The translations under genes and the position numbers were made by a program. This document shows, piece by piece, positions 51,670 to 60,529 of a stretch of DNA of 64,000 bases. The stretch is from positions 8,609,023-8,673,022 of the forward strand of contig NC_057751.1 in NCBI RefSeq assembly GCF_004010195.1, read 5' to 3'. This stretch comes from Chiloscyllium plagiosum (taxonomy: Eukaryota). The notes beneath the pieces were generated by a model. The model ran no database searches and was not told where the DNA came from. It saw only the letters and a list, made by a program, of their open reading frames with translations. Position 1 is the stretch's first letter; each line of letters begins with the position of its first letter.

Positions 51670-53540
51670 AGCGATGGGGCTCAGTCACTGCACTGAACAA
51701 GGAGAGTTATCGGTTCAGAAAAGGTAACCTCTCTCTCTCCCAAATCAGAGGTCACCTTTCCTGGGGTTTTCTCGAAAAAGCAGTAGTTAGTTTGCATATC
51801 TGCATGCTGACGGCTCGGCACAGGCGGATCGGAGCGAGAAACCAAACATCGAAATCGATGAAGAAAGCTCAACGGGTCTGACAGCAATTGCCGAGTGTGA
51901 AAGCAGAGTCTTGGGGTCCAGTGATGCTCTGTCACAACACTACTCTGCACAGAAGCTGCCGGAGCTGCTGAATTTTCACAACAATTGCTGGGTTTTTTTT
52001 TTCAAGTTTCTGATTTCCAGCACCGGCAGTTCTTCAGGGGATTTTATGTCGGGGAGAACAGAGAGAGTCTGCAAGGTTTGGCAGGATTTACGGCCCTATG
52101 TTACTCTCTGGCCCGAGAAACAAGTGAAGCAGTTTACAATGTCGGGTCCGGCTTCAGACCTGGACTGGGCGAGATTTAACTCCGAAACCAAATCGCGGAA
52201 AGGATCTTTCAGCAACACTTGGTTCCAAAAAGACGCTCAAATGTTCACAGCTCCTGGCCAGAACCTCCAGCCGGTTTCTGTTCGCCCTCTGGTCGGGAAT
52301 AAGATCATTTTTTTTTTCAAAATCCCCACGATCCGCTCCCTGGTGAAGATATCCCACTCTCTCCCGTCCAGCTCAGGAAAGGCTCATGATTCCCTTAAGC
52401 CAGACACGGGGAATGTGAATGTGGAGCAACAGTAAAATTGGGTGAAGGGGAGGGGGGGTTGCTGCTGGCGGAGGGTGGGGAGGGGGGGGTGACTTGAGAA
52501 GTTGCTCCAACAGAGACAGAGGAGGGCAGGGAAAGGGAGGGAAGAGGAGACGAGAGGGGAGGAGAGAGCAGAGGAGACGAGGAGAGGGACGGGGGGGGGG
52601 GTCGGGGAGGAGAGACTGCGCTCGGACATGGGGGTCCTCCCGGAGAACAGGAGCGGCTCGGTGCTGGCGCTGAACGGTTCTGCTCGGTCCCCTCCCAGCC
52701 CGAGCCGGGCCATCGCCCTGGGTCTGACGCTGGGCTCCTTCATCCTGTTCGCCCTGCTGGGCAATGTGCTGGTGGTCCTGTCGGTGGTCTGCCACCGGCC
52801 CCTGCAGACGGTCACCAACTACTTCACGGTGAACCTGGCGGTCGCGGACCTGCTGCTGAGCTGCAGCGTGTTGCCCCTGTCCGCCTGGCTCGAGGTGCAG
52901 GGCCAGTGGCCGCTCGGCCGGCTCCTCTGTGATATCTGGGCGGCCCTGGACGTCCTCTGCTCCACCGCCTCCATCCTCAGCCTGTGCGTCATCTCCATCG
53001 AGCGGTACATCGGGGTGAGTTACCCGCTGCGACACCCGACCTTGGTGACCCAGGGGAGGGCTCTCTTCACCCTCCTGGGAGTCTGGAGCCTGGCCCTGGT
53101 CATCTCGGTGGGCCCCCTGATGGGCTGGAAGGAGCCGCCGCCCCCTGACCACACCGTGTGCCAAGTGACCGAGGAGCCCGGCTACGTGCTCTTCTCAGCC
53201 CTGGGCTCCTTCTACGCGCCGCTGGCCGTCATCCTGGTGATGTACTGCCGGGTCTACATGGTGGCCAGGCGGGAAACCAGGAGCCTGGAGGAGGGCAGGA
53301 AGAGGGAGACGGGGGGCCGGGTAACGCTGCGCATCCACCGGCCGGAGAGGAGGGCGGACGGGCTGGACCAGGGTCAGGGTCAGGGTCAGCCCGGTGGCCG
53401 GGGCTCCCAGCTGAAGACTCAGTTCTCAGTCCTGCTCTTCAAGTTCACCAAGCAGAAGAAAGCGGCCAAGACCCTGGGCATCGTGGTCGGGGGTTTCATT
53501 CTCTGCTGGCTCCCGTTTTTCGTGGTCCTGCCCTTGGGTA
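51670..53540. promoter_or_regulatory. CpG island covering the promoter/5' UTR and first coding exon of the adrenoceptor
   Basis: Sharp rise in CpG and GC content relative to CpG-depleted flanks; non-repetitive; directly upstream of and across the GPCR exon. Confidence 0.7.
52628..53537 (+). CDS. ADRA1A-like: Alpha-1 adrenergic receptor (ADRA1A-like), first coding exon (303 codons + 1 nt; TM1-TM6)
   Basis: gacATGG Kozak context with an upstream in-frame TGA at 52490. N-glycosylation sequons NRS and NGS. Motifs [28 protein letters not shown] (D3.32), [51 protein letters not shown] and CWLPFF. Phase-1 donor G|gtaaga at 53537/53538 after TM6, the conserved alpha-1 adrenoceptor intron position. 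Family is certain; subtype is less so. Confidence 0.93.
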
Positions 53541-53644
53541 AGAAACCATTCCATTGCACTCTGACCTTCCAATGTTTCACTTGTGACAATGGTGCGGGAA
53601 AAGTTGCCTCTCTCGGAGTCTTGGACTTTGCCAGGGTTGGTGGG

Positions 53645-54144
53645 NNNNNNNNNNNNNNNNNNNNNNNNNNNNNNNNNNNNNNNNNNNNNNNNNNNNNNNN
53701 NNNNNNNNNNNNNNNNNNNNNNNNNNNNNNNNNNNNNNNNNNNNNNNNNNNNNNNNNNNNNNNNNNNNNNNNNNNNNNNNNNNNNNNNNNNNNNNNNNNN
53801 NNNNNNNNNNNNNNNNNNNNNNNNNNNNNNNNNNNNNNNNNNNNNNNNNNNNNNNNNNNNNNNNNNNNNNNNNNNNNNNNNNNNNNNNNNNNNNNNNNNN
53901 NNNNNNNNNNNNNNNNNNNNNNNNNNNNNNNNNNNNNNNNNNNNNNNNNNNNNNNNNNNNNNNNNNNNNNNNNNNNNNNNNNNNNNNNNNNNNNNNNNNN
54001 NNNNNNNNNNNNNNNNNNNNNNNNNNNNNNNNNNNNNNNNNNNNNNNNNNNNNNNNNNNNNNNNNNNNNNNNNNNNNNNNNNNNNNNNNNNNNNNNNNNN
54101 NNNNNNNNNNNNNNNNNNNNNNNNNNNNNNNNNNNNNNNNNNNN
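53645..54144. other. Assembly gap (500 N)
   Basis: Run of N inside the intron. Confidence 1.
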
Positions 54145-54214
54145 AAGATGATGGTTGATGATGTGTTTCACACTCCACATTCTCATCCACACCAGATAAA
54201 TACTCTTCAGAGGA

Positions 54215-54477
54215 ATCAAAGGTTAAGATAATCAGACAGTTAAATAGGGAACATTTTTCCTAGGTGGTGATGGCGAGCATGAGAGGACATTGCTTTCAAT
54301 GGAAGGGTGGTAGATACCGGACACGTCAGAGGTAGTTTCTTTACTCAGAATAGTAGAGGCTTGGAATGCATTGCCTGCAACAGACTCGCCAACATGAAGG
54401 GCGTTTAAATAGTCATTGGATAAACCTATGGATGAAAATGGAATAGTGGAGCAGATATAGGCTTCAGATTATGTTGC
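54215..54477 (+). mobile_element. Degraded CR1 3' fragment
   Basis: acatttttcctagg...gtcagaggtagtttctttactcaga...tggaatgcattgcctgca. Confidence 0.6.
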
Positions 54478-54690
54478 GAAAGAGAAAATGAGGTCTGCAG
54501 ATGCTGGAGATCAGAGATGGAAATGTGTTGCTGGAAAAGCGCAGCAGGTCAGGCAGCATCTAGGGAACAGGAGAATTGACGTTTCTGGCATTAGCCCTTC
54601 TTCAGGAGGGCTAATGCCCGAAACGTCGATTCTCCTGTTCCCTAGATGCTGCCTGACCTGCTGCGCTTTTCCAGCAACACATTTCCATCT
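54478..54690. mobile_element. Palindromic Penelope-derived insertion with hammerhead motif and TSD
   Basis: Near-identical to 18394-18602. Flanked by the direct repeat tcagattatgttgc (54464-54477, 54690-54703). Hammerhead core on the minus strand at 54578-54605, with one helix II mismatch. Confidence 0.85.
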
Positions 54691-54879
54691 CAGATTATGT
54701 TGCACTGACCTGTAGAACCAGAGAGCTGATAATAGATAAACCTCTGAAATGCAAATATTCAATTAGACTGCCTCTTCTACCTTCTGAGGCACAATTTCAA
54801 AGTTCCTCAATCCTCAAAAAACAAAATCTCTTCATCTCGATCCCCAAAGGACTTTTTTAAAAAAATTAGGAAATGCTGT

Positions 54880-55190
54880 TATAAGTGACCCCTACTTCTG
54901 GATTTCTTATCTACTTCCACCAAGGCATTTCTCATTCTTTTGAACTCCAAAAGAAGCAAGTCCATCTGTCCAACCTGTCCTCCTGAGACCACCCACTCAT
55001 CCTGGGAATCAATCAACCAAACCTTCAGTGCATTTCCATCCTCTGTTAAATAAGGAATCCAAAAACTACACACACTTATTACAATCTTGTCTCGCCAATG
55101 CCTTACTAACTGAGACATAAAAATTAAGTTTAAGCTCATTCCAAATGACAAACAGTATCCCATGAGCCCTCTTGATCAGGTGCCCTACCT
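54880..55190 (-). mobile_element. Degraded CR1 fragment
   Basis: FWIPYLTEDGNAL...LLEFKRMR remnant. Confidence 0.5.
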
Positions 55191-57039
55191 ACACTCCACA
55201 TTATGGTATTTGTGGGTCAGATGTCACAGTTTAGATTCCACTCAAAGTTTCCAGGCACTATTCACATGTTTATGTAACACATCAAACTAAAGATACAACT
55301 TTATATTACAATCTTCAACTTGAAGGCCAATTATTTCCATCTCCTGACTTCATCACAAATTTTCTTCAACTTCCCTACAGGATGTTCCTTAACCCCAAAT
55401 CCAACTGAAATTTTCACAAAAACCAAATGTTACTGAATTGCACCAAACAGTGCTCTGTTTGAATCACATTAAAATGTTTTTACAATGTGGAGAAGATATC
55501 ACAACCATTAGATCAATCATTTCAAGCAGCTGCCAAATCCTAAATCATTTATTAAACCTGCAAACTGATGACTTGATCAAAACAAGGAGTCAAATGTTAC
55601 CATTTTATTTGTAAAGGATCTGTTAGTATTGTGGGACATTTTACTGCATTAAAAAGGTGCTGCACAAATGCAACTTTTCCTGTTGTTGTTATTCATGATG
55701 GCTATTTTTTATTAAACATTAGAATGAATTCAAGCCATGGGGATGAAAGGGGATTAATTGTTTTTTTGTCATGAGCCTTGATTGTACTCATTACAGAATG
55801 GCACTTTCTTCCTTGCATGGTGATAAAAAATGAAGAGGGGGTGGGTGGGGAGAGGGAGATCATCATTCAGATTGCATTATGACAAATGTTTTTGTTGGGC
55901 AACCAATTCAGGTTTCAAGATGAAATGCACGCCATATTATTTGAGATGGTATTATTTTAAATAACTTAAATTTTTCATTAAATTCAGCAAGAAACAAATT
56001 TGATCAACCCTTCCGACAATCAACAGAATACCATCCACTTTGTGGAAATGGTGTAATTATTCAGCCCTTGTGTGCTCCAGCGATTCTCTGTGCATTTAGG
56101 ACACCTGACTCTGAATTCAAAGCTTCTGTTTGCAAGGCAACAAAACAGGTTACATGTTATGCCAACAAATCTTCCCTTCTCCATTTACTCCACATCCTTT
56201 CATTTATGGTGCTCTAACACCTGTGCCTTTCTTAGTCTCAATTTCTCTTCTTCAAAAAAAAACACATCTTTTCAAATGAAAAAATTCTTTGAGTCTTCAA
56301 CAATAAAAAGGGGCTGGTTCAGTATCTTTGAATGCTGAAAATATTATTCAAGTGCACCAGAATTGAAGGCTTGATGCCATTTTTGCCAGTCAGTTTGAAG
56401 ATTAGTGAAGTATATGAAAATGAGAGATGTGGAGACCAATCAGCCCACTGCTCCCACTCCCCCCAGTCATGGCTGCCTCCTATTGAGAGCATGAAACAGG
56501 CAAGCACATGATTATTTCTGTTTCCATGGCTCGTTTCTACTGGACCAGATTGCTAGCCTGTCACGAGGGGCCCCACAGCTTGAGAGGCGTAATTCTGCCT
56601 CAAGTTTAGCAAGACACATTCTGCCACTCATGTACTGGAAAGATTTGTAATTCATAATCAGTCAATTTTGACATGCAAGAAATGAATCTTTCTTGGGTGG
56701 AACCTGATCCCAAAGCCTCACAGTAGAGGCAAAGATGCTACCCACAGCAGGGCAATACCCCCCCCCCCCCCAATCGCCATTGGTAACAGCTCCTCAATAA
56801 TTACTGGAGTGTCAGTATACCTTCACATGGTGCGAAATTACATTTCACAGGTTGGCAGCTCCTTTGATAAACTTCTCAAATTGTTTGCACTAGTTTGAAA
56901 TGACACCCTTTGTCTGACTGTCACGGTTCAACATTAAGTCTGTGTTTACCATTTCATCATGATCTTAAATGCTCAAGTCACGTTTTAAGTCTTCCGTTTT
57001 GTATATTTTGCCACAGAAGTGAATGCAACCAAATTCATT

Positions 57040-57995
57040 TCAAAGGGTTAAAATTCAAGAACAGAGATGTACTGTTGAGGCTGCATGATACTCTGGCCAG
57101 GCGTCTTTTGGAATATTTAAAGAAGTTCTGGGACCACATCTATCGGGGGATGGGCTGCTCTTTGGGAGGATCCAGAGGCAGGTCGTGGGAGTGCTGTAAA
57201 AAGGACTTGGACAGGTTAGCAGCATGGGCAAAGAAGTGGCAAATGGAATACAATTTGCAAAAGTGTGAGGCCATGCACTGTAGTAGGATGAAGAGAGGCA
57301 TAGACCACTTTAGAAACAGGGAAAGGCTTCAGAAATCTAAAGGACAAAGGGAATTGTGAGTCCCAGTTCAGGATTCTCTGAAGGTTAACATGCAGATTCA
57401 GGTAGCAGATCAGAAGGCATAAGCAATGTTAGCTGGAGGACTAGAATATAACAGCAGAGATGTTTTTCTAAGGCTGTACAAGGCTCTGGTCAGGCCGCAA
57501 TTGGAACATTCTGAGAAAGTTTGGACCCTGGTCTATGGAAGGATGTGCTGGAGTTGGAGGAGGTCCAGAGTACCCCACGGATGAATAGCTTGTCACATGA
57601 GGAGCAGTTGAGGACTCTGGGTCTATGCTGGATGCAACTTAGAAGGATGAGGAGGGATCTCATTGAAACTTACAGAATACTGAAGCACGTGAATATACTG
57701 TAAGTGTCAAAGATCCTTCCATTATTAGGAGAGGACAGCCTCAGCATGATTCAATGACCTTGTGCGACTGGGGGAGGAGGAATTTCTTCAGCCAAAGGGT
57801 GGTGAATCTGTGGAACTCATTGCCGCAGAGATCTGTGGAGGCCTAGTCATCGAGCATATTTAAGACAGAGATAGACAGGTTCTCAACCAGAAAGGGAATC
57901 AAGTGTGATAAGGAGAAGGAAGGAGAATGGCGTTGAGAAATGTGTCAGCCATGTTCAAATGAAGGAGAAGACTTGCTTCTATAGCATATGGTCTA
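57040..57995 (+). mobile_element. CR1 LINE fragments
   Basis: KNRDVLLRL...LEY; KDLDRLAAWAKKWQMEYN; RRMRRDLIETYRIL; 3' UTR. Confidence 0.85.
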
Positions 57996-59211
57996 AGTTG
58001 AAAACACAAGATTGGTGATGATCAGTTATAATTTGCTCACAGCTATTCTTGGTGTTTCTGCTCGGAACAAAGTTTTGCAGCAATGTTTTAAAAATTGAAG
58101 AAGCAAAAATCACCAGACCCAGTGCATTGGCAAGGATTTGGTCCCTTTTAAACAGTTACTTGGACTGAAGGGAAAACAGGAGCCTTTCAAACAGGAAGGT
58201 CACAAGGGTGATGAGGTTTCTCAAAGAGAAAGCACTATGAACCTTACTGGAAATGAAGAGTTAAGAACCACAGGAGACTGTCCAGAAGAGAACACAGCCT
58301 GTCTGGAAACACTCATGCTGTTCCTATGGTATCATTGAGAACTGTGCCCAGTCACATATCATGAGTGTTTTCGGTGTCCATTTCGGTGTGCTACAAAGCA
58401 GCTGCATCATTTGGATCAAGCCACATTTCACAATTGTCCTTTTAGTTCTGCTTTGGAAAGACTAAAGAACTAAAAGGGATCAGAATATTCCTGTTAAGGC
58501 ATAAGAGTGTGTTACAGCTTAAACCTCTGAACTTGAACAATCATGGAAGTACATGCAAGATCCACACTGGCTTACAGCAGAGTTTTGTCTCTGGAACTGA
58601 ACAGTTGTCAACAACAACCTGTAACTCCTTGTGTCAAGGTTTTCAATCATTTCTTTCCCAAGTTTGTAATTTCATGTACTATCTTCCAGCTCTCTGTACA
58701 GAGGATCAGGAGGAGAGAAACAGGGTGCTTTCCCTCAGGTAGGTTTCAGTGTGACAAGGACACTGCAGGCATTCCCTCTCCATGTACTTCAAAAGACAAA
58801 ACGTGAAATGGATTTTTTCTGGAAAACGAAATACCTGTAACTCAACTGTTGGTCAGTCTCAGAACTTTCCAACTGGACAACTGATGTTGTCAAAACATAG
58901 ATTCTGTGAACAGACACAGCATGAACAATTGAAAGTTCTCCTTCTCCTCAAGAATGAAACAAGACAAAATATTCTTCCTCATATTGTTTCTCCTCCTATA
59001 CTGTACAATACTGTCAAAAAAAACCAACCTGATGAGGAAATGTGCCGAATTAATAAAGGCAAAGAGACATGATAATGACTGGTTATTCTCAGCATCATCT
59101 AGTAGTGTCCTCAACTCATCCATTTACTTATTTTCCATTCAGATTAAGAGCAGGCTCCCACATCCAAGTTTTACAATGGGACAGAGATCAAGTAGACTTT
59201 AAGTAGAGCGC

Positions 59212-59310
59212 CATTCCTGATGAAGGGCATTTGCCCGAAATGTCGATTTTCCTGCTCCTCGGATGTTGCCTGACTGCTGTGCTTTTCCAGCACCACTCTA
59301 ATCTAAACTC
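59212..59310 (+). mobile_element. Penelope-derived mini-insertion with hammerhead motif (core 59217-59244) and imperfect TSD
   Basis: attcCTGATGAagggcatttgcccGAAAtgtcga; flanks aagtagagcgc (59201-59211) and aagtatagcgc (59311-59321). Confidence 0.75.
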
Positions 59311-60529
59311 AAGTATAGCGCATGTAAGTGAAAATATTACTGAGAGATATGGACAGGTTCGTGATCAGGTCAACTGTGTGTTAGCCAAGTCGAGTAATCA
59401 CCAATTACAGTCAAAGCAGAGAAACAAAAACATGAATAAATTAAACATTAATCAAGATTTTTATTAAAGGGAAAACTTAGCTTTGAACTTAATTCAGGAA
59501 CACTTGTGCTGCAATAACCTATATGGAGTGCAACCATTTGAAGAGATTAATGACTGATGATAAAACACGTTGGTTTATAAGGTTGGTCCAGCAAATCTGG
59601 AGGTTATTGCGGATGGCTTGCTAGATTTATATAACAACAAATAAGGTGCGACAGGTTTGTGTAATTAGTTTCTGGCGTGTCTATGTCTGTTTTGGTCTCA
59701 ATAACTCCAGGGCCATTCGTGATGCATGTTGTCAATGTGTGAAGTCTGCTTTCACAATTTTCCAATATCTTCAAAGCATTTTCTCACAGCTTTTGTCAGT
59801 TCTTTGAAATTCTAGATATCCCAAACATAGTAGCTAGAGTTGGGCTGTAAAGTGTACATGCTTGTCAAGTTACTTGTCTTGCACTTGTCGGGGCAGAATG
59901 TCAACAGCATCAAATTCTAATGGGAACACCAATTTATACAGTCTGAGATAAAAGTGCAGATAGTGTACAAGTTAATGCTGACTGGGTGTAGTATTGACAT
60001 GCAGAATGTATCAGGCAAATATTATTCCCTGGCCATTTTAAATGTTCCACCAGCCATGCTGATCTTGATCGATTGAGGTTTTGATATGGTAAATTCCTTG
60101 AGGTTTCTTAAGCTTATGCAGGATTTGAATGTTAGGATAAAAGCGCATGACTTTAGAGTCATACAGCACCAAAGAAGCCCTTCAGTCCATCTAGTATGTG
60201 CTGATCTATCTACACTTATCCCACTTGTTTCAGTGCTTATAACTGACATTTTCACCCGAGTATCAATTGACACATTTGTGCATCTCTTGCATGCAACATT
60301 TTAAACAAAATCTAACAGTTCAGTTTTGTTAAATTAGTAAAGCCACAAAGTGCGAAAACGTGAACAACAGTTTATGTTTCTATAATATTCAACATTGTAA
60401 GACACTGATCATAAGACACTTCACAGGATTATTGCAAAGCAAATAGGATCTCAAGACACATGACAGACATCAGATGCCAGAAGGTCAGATGACCCAAAGA
60501 TTCATCAAAACCCTTCATTTCAAGGTTCA

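Noticed and set aside
51911..52435. 174-aa ORF upstream of the receptor
   Set aside because: Non-ATG start and no recognisable homology; likely chance in a GC-richer promoter region.
52373..53164. 263-aa antisense ORF overlapping the receptor exon
   Set aside because: Expected shadow ORF of a GC3-rich coding exon; low-complexity product with no recognisable domain.
52502..54151. 549-aa ORF as a single CDS
   Set aside because: It starts at a TTG in the purine-rich leader and reads through the conserved splice donor at 53538 into intron and N-gap. The real exon is 52628-53537.
59553..59580. CTGATGA as another hammerhead core
   Set aside because: No helix II followed by GAAA in the right register.
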